This document shows, one piece after another, positions 10,266 through 18,071 of a DNA stretch of 64,000 nucleotides (the first letter of the stretch is position 1; each line of letters starts with the position of its first letter). The notes beneath the pieces are model-generated. The model ran no database searches. It was given only the letters and a program-made list of their open reading frames with translations, and was not told where the DNA came from. The position numbers and the translations under genes are program-made. Origin of the DNA: Asaia bogorensis (GTDB lineage Bacteria > Pseudomonadota > Alphaproteobacteria > Acetobacterales > Acetobacteraceae); NCBI GenBank assembly GCA_945869965.1, contig CAMBRC010000003.1, positions 27,816 to 91,815 on the forward strand, read 5' to 3'.

Positions 10266-10647
10266 CGCCAACACCGCAATTGCCGCCATCCTGGCCGCCA
10301 AGGCCGCCGCCCTGGTGGCGCGCTCGGCCGCCGACATGGCTGCCCTGCTGGATGACCGCTTCGTCTACGTCAACGCTGGCGGCCGCCGGGTCGAACGCGA
10401 CGGATACCTCGCCGCGTTCACCGGCGACGGCCCGCTTCGCTTCGTCAGCCAGGACATCATCGACCTGCAAGTGACGGAATACGAAGAATTCGCCATCGCC
10501 ACCATGACGCTGCATGACGTGTTCGACACGCCGTCCGGCCATTTCGACGGCGAACTACGCTCGCTGGCCGTGTTCCGCCGCACCCCGCATGGCTGGCGCT
10601 GGTCCGGCGGTCAAACTATGAGACTCCCCGACGCCGCCAATACCTGA
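10258..10647 (+). CDS. NTF2-fold (SnoaL/DUF4440-like) protein
   Basis: 129-aa ORF with a GTG start overlapping the hyi stop; size and pattern are typical of the NTF2-like superfamily. Confidence 0.5.
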   Translation: MSDANTAIAAILAAKAAALVARSAADMAALLDDRFVYVNAGGRRVERDGYLAAFTGDGPLRFVSQDIIDLQVTEYEEFAIATMTLHDVFDTPSGHFDGELRSLAVFRRTPHGWRWSGGQTMRLPDAANT

Positions 10648-10685
10648 CGCCCCCTGACCCGCGCGACGCGCAACGGAGAAAACAC

Positions 10686-11561
10686 ATGAAAATTGGATTC
10701 ATCGGCCTGGGCATCATGGGCCGCCCGATGGCGCTGAACCTGCGCGCCGCCGGCCACGAGTTGGTCGTCCCGGAACGCCGCACCCTCACGCAAGAGGTCC
10801 GCGCCGCCGCCACCGTAGTCGGCGATTCCGCTCATGTCGCCGAACAGGCCGATGTCATCATCGTCATGGTGCCCGACACGCCGGACGTCGAAACCGTCCT
10901 GTTCGGCCATCACGGCGTCGCCGAGGGCCTGACCAAGGGCAAGCTGGTCATCGACATGTCGTCGATTTCCCCCATCTCGACCAAGGACTACGCCGCCCGC
11001 ATCAACGCACTCGGCTGCGAATACCTCGACGCACCCGTGTCCGGCGGCGAAGTCGGCGCCAAGAACGCCGCCCTGACCATCATGGTCGGCGGCCCCGAAT
11101 CCGCCTTCGCCCGCGCCCTGCCGCTGTTCGAGGCGATGGGCAAGAACATCACCCATGTCGGCACCGACAACGGCGCCGGTCAGACCTGCAAGGTCTGCAA
11201 CCAGATCATCGTCGCCCTGAACATCCAGGCCGTCGCCGAGGCCCTGACCTTCGCCCGCAAGGCCGGCGCCGACCCCGCCAAGGTCCGCCAGGCCCTGATG
11301 GGCGGCTTCGCGTCCTCGCGCATCCTGGAAGTCCACGCCGAACGCATGATCAACCGCACCTTCGCCCCGGGCTTTCGCATCAGCCTGCACCAGAAGGACC
11401 TCAACCTGGCCCTGTCCTCGGCCAAGGCGATGGGCATGGCGCTGCCCAACACCGCGCTTGCCCAGCAGATGTTCTCCGTGGTCGCCGCGGCGGGCGGCGG
11501 CGAACAGGACCACTCCGCGATGATCCAGGCCATCGAGCTGATGGCGGCGCTGAAAGTCTGA
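10686..11561 (+). CDS. glxR: 2-hydroxy-3-oxopropionate (tartronate semialdehyde) reductase
   Basis: MKIGFIGLGIMGRPMA Rossmann N-terminus and beta-hydroxyacid dehydrogenase family features; the hyi context supports the call. Confidence 0.75.
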   Translation: MKIGFIGLGIMGRPMALNLRAAGHELVVPERRTLTQEVRAAATVVGDSAHVAEQADVIIVMVPDTPDVETVLFGHHGVAEGLTKGKLVIDMSSISPISTKDYAARINALGCEYLDAPVSGGEVGAKNAALTIMVGGPESAFARALPLFEAMGKNITHVGTDNGAGQTCKVCNQIIVALNIQAVAEALTFARKAGADPAKVRQALMGGFASSRILEVHAERMINRTFAPGFRISLHQKDLNLALSSAKAMGMALPNTALAQQMFSVVAAAGGGEQDHSAMIQAIELMAALKV

Positions 11562-11614
11562 CGCAACGCAACGTCGCCGACGAAAGTACAAAACAGCAGG
11601 GATTGGCACACGCA

Positions 11615-12151
11615 ATGGCTGCATGGGCCAATCCCCCTTTGGTTGTTTATCAAGGCACCGATGTTGCAACCGCTAATGTGATGAGCATGGGCCTCCGCCC
11701 CAGTTTGGCTTTCTGCTTGCCGCTGACCGATTTCGGCCAAGGGTTCTACACCACGACCCGGCTGCATCAGGCCAAACAATGGGCCAACACCAAGGTCTTG
11801 CGGCTACGACAAGCCAACCCCGCGGCTGGCGCAGCGGTGATCGCTTACACACTTGACCGCACACTCTTGGCCCGCCTGGCCAGCCTCACCTTCGTTCGTA
11901 AATCGCAAGATTTTTGGCAGTTCGTGGCAAGCTGTCGCTCCCAGCATCCGCCGCCACACCGGTTCCGGGGGTTCACACCGCCGCTCTATGATGCCGTCCA
12001 TGGACCCGTTACCCTGTGGCCCCAGAAGCTAGTGATCAAAGATTGCGACCAGCTGAGCTTTCACACGCGACGGGGATTGGCGATACTTTCTCGCCAGGGC
12101 AACCCAAAACTGGTATCTACCGCCACTGGGAACAACGGACTTTTCAGATGA
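11615..12151 (+). CDS. DUF3990 domain-containing protein
   Basis: VVYQGTD...DFGQGFYTTTRLHQAKQWA...FWQFVASCR...YDAVHGPV matches the DUF3990 pattern as I recall it. GC is lower than the flanks. First ATG is at 11615 (the track ORF starts at TTG 11603). Confidence 0.6.
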   Translation: MAAWANPPLVVYQGTDVATANVMSMGLRPSLAFCLPLTDFGQGFYTTTRLHQAKQWANTKVLRLRQANPAAGAAVIAYTLDRTLLARLASLTFVRKSQDFWQFVASCRSQHPPPHRFRGFTPPLYDAVHGPVTLWPQKLVIKDCDQLSFHTRRGLAILSRQGNPKLVSTATGNNGLFR

Positions 12152-12561
12152 GCAGGCTGGACCAGCGACCCACGGAGACCGACGAGGAAATCGACGGCAC
12201 GGTTCGGCCGGCGATCTCCTCCCTGTCTCAGATCGAGAACGCGGCAATTGTGGTGGAGGAATGGCGCGAGCAGGTCCGCATTGTCCTCGAGCGTTGCTTC
12301 GAGCTGAACCACGACGACGCCCTGTCGCGCGAGCAGGCATTCTTCCAATCCATCGAAGACGCCGAGACGGGTAACCAGGCACCAAACATCAAGCTGGCAA
12401 TCTTGCATGCGAGCCCGTTCCAGATCGCGGCAAGCCTCGTCGCCCCCTTCGATATCAGCACGGCTGCGGCACGCTATTCCGAACTTGCTGCGGCAAGTGA
12501 CCTGCCCGACGGCCGCATCCCTCCTCCAAGCCGCGGCAGGACCGTACGGCAAGCGGCATAG
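12148..12561 (+). CDS. hypothetical acidic protein, translationally coupled partner of the DUF3990 gene
   Basis: ATG at 12148 overlaps the upstream TGA (ATGA). 137 aa, acidic, apparently helical, no family recognised. Confidence 0.45.
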   Translation: MSRLDQRPTETDEEIDGTVRPAISSLSQIENAAIVVEEWREQVRIVLERCFELNHDDALSREQAFFQSIEDAETGNQAPNIKLAILHASPFQIAASLVAPFDISTAAARYSELAAASDLPDGRIPPPSRGRTVRQAA

Positions 12562-12717
12562 CGACGCTGCTTCGGTCAAGCTACTAGGTTCAGCAAGCAC
12601 CCCGCAGCCAAACCTGCCCGGATCGCTACGCCATTGATGGCATTGTCACCCAACGTGCGACATCGTCTCGTTTTCCGTGATACAGACTTGAATTAACTTC
12701 TCAGCAAGATTATCTAT

Positions 12718-12746
12718 GGCCGGCGCCTCGTTATGAGACGCCGGCC
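12718..12746 (+). other. stem-loop GGCCGGCG-N13-CGCCGGCC downstream of the two-gene module (possible weak terminator)
   Basis: 8-bp GC stem read directly, followed by a moderately T-rich stretch (ctgtttcgtcgtttcg). Confidence 0.3.
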
Positions 12747-12813
12747 GCCGCCTGTTTCGTCGTTTCGCGAATCGGACGCGCGGGGTGACACCGAGTACGG
12801 AGGCCTGACCCCG

Positions 12814-13695
12814 ATGCGCTTCACCGAAATTGGCCAGCAACTCCGCGCCTACCGCCTCGAGTCCGGCCTGCGCGCCGAGGAAATCGCCGCCCGCCTCGGC
12901 GTCTCCCGCGCCGCCCTCTACCGCTACGAAAAAGGCGAGGTGATCAAGCTCGACACCATCAAGCGCCTCGCCGAACTGCTCAAAATCTCGCCCCTCTCCC
13001 TCCTCGGTATCGGCGTCGAATACTACAACCGCCCCGTCGGCTACCTCGAACGCATCCGCCAGGTCGAGGAAACCGCCGACCAGATCCTCCAGGTCAACGG
13101 ACCCATCTGTTACCTCACCACCACCGACGCCTACGACCAGGCGCTCGCCACCGCCTTCGAGGAAGCGGCCGAAGCCCTCGGCGCCGAACGCAACTCCGCC
13201 CGCGCCGGCGCCGAACAGGTCCTCGGCATCCTCACGGCGCGCAAGCGCATGTACGGCATGCGCCGCCCGGGCATCATCGCCATGGTCCCCGCCGGCCGCG
13301 TCCGCTTGGTGCTCGAACACGGCATCGGCGCCGGCATGCCGGTCTCCGAGCGCACCCGCCGCATGTGCCGCGACGTCGCCGCCACCGAGGTCGCCCACAT
13401 CGCCGCCCTCATGGAAGCCGAGCCGATGGGCCTGCAATTCGGCCTGGTCAACGCCTCCGACCTCAACGGCGGCTTCGAAATCCTGCGCGCCCGCGACCGC
13501 GCCACCCTGGCGATGAACCCGTTCCACGCCGACTCCAGCCCCTTCGGAGCCCCCGGCGTGGCCATGATCACCGCCGCCGACGAAGCCATCGCCGCACACC
13601 AGCGCGTGGCGGAAACCCAATGGCGCGAAGCCACCAAAGGTGCGGCCGCCGCCACCGAAGTCCGTCGCCTGATCGAGATCAGCCGCTCCCGCTGA
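12814..13695 (+). CDS. XRE family HTH transcriptional regulator with a large C-terminal domain (DUF5753/Scr1-like?)
   Basis: Start at MRFTEIGQQLRAYRLESGLRAEEIAARLGVSRAALYRYEKGE (classic XRE HTH). The C-terminal ~230 aa resembles the antitoxin-like DUF5753 domain from memory. Confidence 0.7.
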   Translation: MRFTEIGQQLRAYRLESGLRAEEIAARLGVSRAALYRYEKGEVIKLDTIKRLAELLKISPLSLLGIGVEYYNRPVGYLERIRQVEETADQILQVNGPICYLTTTDAYDQALATAFEEAAEALGAERNSARAGAEQVLGILTARKRMYGMRRPGIIAMVPAGRVRLVLEHGIGAGMPVSERTRRMCRDVAATEVAHIAALMEAEPMGLQFGLVNASDLNGGFEILRARDRATLAMNPFHADSSPFGAPGVAMITAADEAIAAHQRVAETQWREATKGAAAATEVRRLIEISRSR

Positions 13696-13768
13696 GCAAA
13701 ACCACCCCGGCGACGGGTGGGCAAAACTGCCCCGGCCCCTTATGGTCCGCCCGCCATAGGGGTGCCGC

Positions 13769-14482
13769 ATGACCGACCGCCTGTTCCTGGAAGACGCCTA
13801 CCTGCGCCAGACCACCGCGCGCGTCCTGCAATCAACACCCGCCGGCATCGTCCTCGACCGCACCATCTTCTACGCCCGCTCCGGCGGCCAGCCCGGCGAC
13901 ACCGGCGTCCTGCGCTACAACGGCGCTGAAACCCGCATCGCCGACACCATCAAGGGCGACGGCCAAACCATCCTCCACCTCCCCGCCGAAGCCGCCGACC
14001 TCCCCCCCGTCGACGCTGAAATCACCGCCGAGATCGACTGGCCCCCGCGCCACGCCCTCATGAAAATGCACACCGCGATGCACCTCATGTGCGCCGTCCT
14101 CCCCGGCATCGCCGTCACCGGCGGCTCCGTCGGCGCCGACCGCGCCCGCCTGGACTTCAACCTCCCGGAATCCCCTGACAAAGCCGCCATCGAAGCCGCC
14201 CTCAACGCCCTGATCGAACAGGACCACCCCGTCAGCCACGAATGGGTCGACGAATCCGTCCTCGACACCAACCCCACCCTGGTCCGCACCCTCTCCGTCC
14301 AGCCCCCCCGCGGCACCGGCCGCCTGCGCCTGGTCCGAATCGGCACCGGCGACACCCCCATCGACCTGCAACCCTGCGGCGGCACCCACGTCACCCGCAC
14401 CGGCGAAATCGGCCCCGTCGTGATCCAAAAGATCGAGAACAAGGGCAAACAGAACCGCCGCATCATCATTGTCCCCGCCTGA
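13769..14482 (+). CDS. alanyl-tRNA editing protein (AlaX-M type)
   Basis: 237 aa with the HTAMHL and CGGTHV zinc-binding motifs of the ThrRS/AlaRS editing (SAD) domain. Confidence 0.75.
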   Translation: MTDRLFLEDAYLRQTTARVLQSTPAGIVLDRTIFYARSGGQPGDTGVLRYNGAETRIADTIKGDGQTILHLPAEAADLPPVDAEITAEIDWPPRHALMKMHTAMHLMCAVLPGIAVTGGSVGADRARLDFNLPESPDKAAIEAALNALIEQDHPVSHEWVDESVLDTNPTLVRTLSVQPPRGTGRLRLVRIGTGDTPIDLQPCGGTHVTRTGEIGPVVIQKIENKGKQNRRIIIVPA

Positions 14483-14484
14483 AA

Positions 14485-14540
14485 GCCAGCACGTTCTTTT
14501 TTGAAAAAAAGAACCAAAAAACTTTCATTCGAAAGACCCC
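14485..14540 (+). repeat. half copy of the AT-rich hairpin element (copy B)
   Basis: GTTCTTTTTTGAAAAAAAGAAC (14493-14514) followed by CAAAAAACTTTCATTCGAAAG. It lies between the alaX-like stop and the sseA start. Confidence 0.85.
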
Positions 14541-14542
14541 CC

Positions 14543-15382
14543 ATGCACCCCCTCGTCACCACCAACTGGCTTGCCGCCCGCCTCGGCACCCCGAACCTCG
14601 CAGTCTTTGACACCACCAAATACCTGCCCAACGAACCGAAAGACGGCAAAGCCGAGTTCGCCCTCGCCCACATCCCCGGCGCCCGCTTCTTCGACATCGA
14701 CGACATCGCCGACCCCGATACCGCCCTGCCCCACATGGTCCCCACCGCCGGCCGCTTCGCCGCCAAAATGGCCGCACTCGGCATCGCCAACGACACCACC
14801 GTCATCTTTTACGACCAGAAGGGCCTGGCCTCAGCCGCCCGCGGCTGGTGGATGATGGGCCTCTTCGGCCACGACAAAGCCGCCATCCTCGACGGCGGCC
14901 TGCCCAAATGGCGGGCGGAATCCCACCCCACCGAAGCCGGCCCCCCCGCCCCCGCCACCCCCGCCGTCTTCCGCCCGGACCTGCGCGCCACCCGCCTGCG
15001 CGGCGTCGGCGACATCCTCGCCAACACCCAAACCCAATCCGAACTCGTCCTGGACGCCCGCGCCGCCGGCCGCTTCACCGGCGCAGTGCCAGAACCCCGC
15101 GCCGGCATGCGCTCCGGCCACATGCCCGGCGCCGCCAACCTGCCCTACACCGACCTCCTCGCCCCCAACCAAACCCTCCTGCCGCCGCACGCCCTGCGCG
15201 CCCGCATCACCGCCGCCGGCGTCGACGGCACCCGCCCAGTGATCACCTCCTGCGGCAGCGGCGTCACCGCCTGCATCCTCACCCTCGGCCTCACCCTTGC
15301 CGGCCTGCCCGCCGGCGCCGTCTATGACGGGTCCTGGACCGAATGGGGCGGCCGCCCCGACACCCCCGTGGAGACCAACTAA
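14543..15382 (+). CDS. sseA: 3-mercaptopyruvate sulfurtransferase (tandem rhodanese)
   Basis: Start at MHPLVTTNWLA. Two rhodanese domains with the active-site segment ITSCGSGVTA. Confidence 0.8.
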   Translation: MHPLVTTNWLAARLGTPNLAVFDTTKYLPNEPKDGKAEFALAHIPGARFFDIDDIADPDTALPHMVPTAGRFAAKMAALGIANDTTVIFYDQKGLASAARGWWMMGLFGHDKAAILDGGLPKWRAESHPTEAGPPAPATPAVFRPDLRATRLRGVGDILANTQTQSELVLDARAAGRFTGAVPEPRAGMRSGHMPGAANLPYTDLLAPNQTLLPPHALRARITAAGVDGTRPVITSCGSGVTACILTLGLTLAGLPAGAVYDGSWTEWGGRPDTPVETN

Positions 15383-15383
15383 G

Positions 15384-16592
15384 ATGACCGATCATTCAGA
15401 AGGCACTGGCAAGCCAGAGGGCTACTTCACCCGCCTCTCCCACGCCGGCCGGGCCGGCACCAACGTCCGCGGCTTCGTCAACGTCCCCGTCCACCGCGGC
15501 TCCACCATGCTCTACGCCAGCATGTCCGAGCGCACCAACGCCGCCAGCGAACGCCTCGAACAGCGCCCGCATTACGGCACCGGCGGCAACGCCACCCACT
15601 GGGCGCTGGAAAACGTCGTCGCCGAGATCGAAGGCGGCACCCGCTGCCAGATCGTCTCCACCGGCCTGGCCGCCGTCACCGTCCCCCTCCTCGCCTACCT
15701 GAAATCCGGCGACCACGTCCTGATGCCCGATAGCTGCTACGGCCCCGCCCGAGGCTTCTGCGACAACTTCCTCTCCAAGATGGGCATCACCACCACCTAC
15801 TACGACCCCACCCTCACCGCCGCCGCCATCACCCCCCTGTTCCAGCCCAACACCACCGTCCTCTACCTGGAGTCCCCCGGCAGCCACACCTTCGAGGTCC
15901 AGGACGTCCCCGCCCTCTCCGCCGTCGCCAAGTCAAAAGGCGCCAAGGTCCTGATGGACAACACCTGGGGCATCCACCACTTCCAGCCCTTCAAGCATGG
16001 CGTCGATGTCTCCATCCAGGCACTGACCAAATACATCGTCGGCCACTCCGACGTTCTCCTCGGCTCCATCACCGTCAACAGCCACGAGGACTGGGAGCGC
16101 GTCAAAACCACCTCCAACATCCTCGGCCAGTACGCCAGCCCCGATGATTGCTGGCTCGCCCTGCGCGGCGCCCGCACCATGGGCGTGCGCATGGACCGCC
16201 AGGAAAAATCCGCCCTCGAAGTCGCCGCCTGGCTGCGCACCCGACCCGAAGTCAAATCCGTCCTCCACCCCGCCCTCCCCGGCGCCCCCGGCCACGACCT
16301 CTGGAAGCGCGACTTCACCGGCGCCTGCTCGCTCTTCGGCATCGTCTACCGCGACGACATCTCCCGCGAATCCGTCCACGCCATGGCCGAAGCGCTCCAG
16401 CTCTTCGGCAAAGGCGCCTCCTGGGGCGGCTTCGAAAGCCTCGCTTTGCCCACCGGCGGCTCCATCACCCGAACCGCCGGCACCGGAGCCTTCGGCGGCG
16501 AGATGATGCGCCTGCATATCGGCCTCGAAGACACCAACGACCTGGTGGCCGACCTCGAACAGGGCCTCGTGGTCCTGAACGCCCGCCGCTAA
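15384..16592 (+). CDS. metC: cystathionine beta-lyase
   Basis: Start at MTDHSEG (ATG 15384). PLP-dependent Cys/Met metabolism family with the QALTKYIVGHSD lysine motif. Confidence 0.8.
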   Translation: MTDHSEGTGKPEGYFTRLSHAGRAGTNVRGFVNVPVHRGSTMLYASMSERTNAASERLEQRPHYGTGGNATHWALENVVAEIEGGTRCQIVSTGLAAVTVPLLAYLKSGDHVLMPDSCYGPARGFCDNFLSKMGITTTYYDPTLTAAAITPLFQPNTTVLYLESPGSHTFEVQDVPALSAVAKSKGAKVLMDNTWGIHHFQPFKHGVDVSIQALTKYIVGHSDVLLGSITVNSHEDWERVKTTSNILGQYASPDDCWLALRGARTMGVRMDRQEKSALEVAAWLRTRPEVKSVLHPALPGAPGHDLWKRDFTGACSLFGIVYRDDISRESVHAMAEALQLFGKGASWGGFESLALPTGGSITRTAGTGAFGGEMMRLHIGLEDTNDLVADLEQGLVVLNARR

Positions 16593-16683
16593 AGAACTAT
16601 CGAAGGTCAAATACGCGAAGCGCCATCCGACTCTCTGCCGCCAATCAGCCAATCGGCAAGACAGAAAGACAAGCAAGGCCAGG

Positions 16684-16745
16684 GTTTCACCCTGGACCCA
16701 CCAGGGGCCAAGCCCCTGGACCTTATATACTTAAGGTCCAGGGGC
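16684..16745. repeat. cluster of GC-rich hairpins (CCAGGGTTTCACCCTGG; CCAGGGGCCAAGCCCCTGG; TGGACCTTATATACTTAAGGTCCA)
   Basis: Read directly. The middle hairpin recurs in inverted form at 17189-17205. Confidence 0.75.
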
Positions 16746-16800
16746 CCGCCTTTGGCTGGGTTTGTTGAAAGTTCTGCGCCATGCTCGACATCACATCCCG

Positions 16801-17181
16801 ATGACATGGGAGCGAATCTCCGAGGTGGCCCTGAGAGAGATGCTGGACTCGGCGCACACCCGCATGAGCATCCGCCAGGCACGATTGTGGGACGCAATTA
16901 GAATTCAGCCGGAGAAATGGGCACAGGATCCCTGGGGCGTGGAGGGTGGAGGTTTCTGGGTGGTAGCCATCATTGGAAATACGGTCATCTGGTACAATGA
17001 TATAGAAGAAGGCTTCAACACCTCCAACTATGAACGGTATGGTGTCATCAATGAGTATTGGTGCAACCAGGATGATCTCGAGCATGTGGTCTATCGAATT
17101 CTGAGCCTGGTAGGCGAGCAAGCGAGCGGCACAGCCTCCGTCTGGGAACTGCGGAGGGGCCCGCCCGAACCCATGAATTGA
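16801..17181 (+). CDS. hypothetical protein (low-GC orphan)
   Basis: First ATG at 16801 (the track ORF starts at TTG 16762). 126 aa with Trp/acidic-rich motifs (FWVVAIIGNTVIWYNDIEEGF). Codon usage is visibly AT-richer than its neighbours. No clear RBS. Confidence 0.45.
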   Translation: MTWERISEVALREMLDSAHTRMSIRQARLWDAIRIQPEKWAQDPWGVEGGGFWVVAIIGNTVIWYNDIEEGFNTSNYERYGVINEYWCNQDDLEHVVYRILSLVGEQASGTASVWELRRGPPEPMN

Positions 17182-17186
17182 CAAGG

Positions 17187-17228
17187 TTCAGGGGCTTGGC
17201 CCCTGGCAGGTCTGGGCAGAGCCCAGCC
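17187..17228. repeat. GC-rich hairpins (CAGGGGCTTGGCCCCTG; CTGGGCAGAGCCCAG) downstream of the orphan gene
   Basis: AGGGGCTTGGCCCCT is the exact reverse complement of AGGGGCCAAGCCCCT at 16703-16717. Confidence 0.7.
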
Positions 17229-17251
17229 TTACTTGCCCTACCCGCCAACTC

Positions 17252-17325
17252 CCTCACGCAATGTTTTCTTTATCCCGCCGACACAAACGATAACCTCCCC
17301 ACAATTCGAGGGGGAACCAACCGCC
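17252..17325 (+). promoter_or_regulatory. conserved leader upstream of YopT-like paralog 1
   Basis: CCTCACGCAATGTTTTCT (17252-17269) is identical to 18000-18017. CCCGCCG, CACAAACG, TAAC, TCCCC and a GGGGGAAC RBS-like block are also shared with the copy-2 leader. Confidence 0.4.
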
Positions 17326-17973
17326 GTGGCAATCTGGAATGACATCAACAAGGCTGCACGCTCCGCCGGCATCCTGACCTTCGCCATGAATCAGGTGAAC
17401 ACCGCTGGATACCAGTCGGTCAACGGCTGTCAGGCCGGCTATTGTGTCGGCTTGGCAAGTGTCTGGATCAAGCTGCTATGGTCCTTCAGCAACTATCCCT
17501 ACGACCCCTCCTCGCGCGAATATGTCGGCACCGACTGGCGCGCCGTCGACGCGCAGAAGGCCTTCGACGCCGAACTGGCAAAAGCCACCAATGCCTTCCA
17601 GCCGCTCGACAAGTGCCTCGCCAAGGCCGGCCTGAAGCGCCTCACTGGCCGGGCGCAGGACTCCGACGGCAGCATCTCCTGCTCCGGTCTCTACAGCATC
17701 CTTCAGGGCACCGGCGGTGTCGCGGGCGGCGATGGCACCTATATCATCGGCATGAAAGGCAAGCTGGGCTCGCACGCCATCGCCATCAACAATGGCGGCT
17801 CACAATGGTGGAGCCTGTTCGACGGCAATAACGGCCACTTCAGGATGCAGGGCAACGCCGAATTCCGTAACTTCCTGATCTGGTACCTTGGCAGCGGCGC
17901 CACCAAATACCTCACCGACTACGCCACCAACTGGCTCACCGCCGGCGTGGTGCCGACCTCCTGGCCCAAATGA
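17326..17973 (+). CDS. YopT/AvrPphB-like (peptidase C58-like) putative cysteine protease, paralog 1
   Basis: The GTG at 17326 aligns with the ATG of paralog 2. Motifs GYCVGLASVWIK, GSHAIAI and SLFDGNNGHF give a Cys40/His151/Asp167-type triad. Confidence 0.55.
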   Translation: MAIWNDINKAARSAGILTFAMNQVNTAGYQSVNGCQAGYCVGLASVWIKLLWSFSNYPYDPSSREYVGTDWRAVDAQKAFDAELAKATNAFQPLDKCLAKAGLKRLTGRAQDSDGSISCSGLYSILQGTGGVAGGDGTYIIGMKGKLGSHAIAINNGGSQWWSLFDGNNGHFRMQGNAEFRNFLIWYLGSGATKYLTDYATNWLTAGVVPTSWPK

Positions 17974-17999
17974 ACCTCGCCGCCCCCCGGCCGCAATCA

Positions 18000-18071
18000 C
18001 CTCACGCAATGTTTTCTCGTCCCCGCCGGCACAAACGCTAACATCCCCCTCAACTCGGGGGAACAACAGCC
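18000..18071 (+). promoter_or_regulatory. conserved leader upstream of YopT-like paralog 2
   Basis: It shares the 18-nt block and downstream blocks with 17252-17325. Confidence 0.4.
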
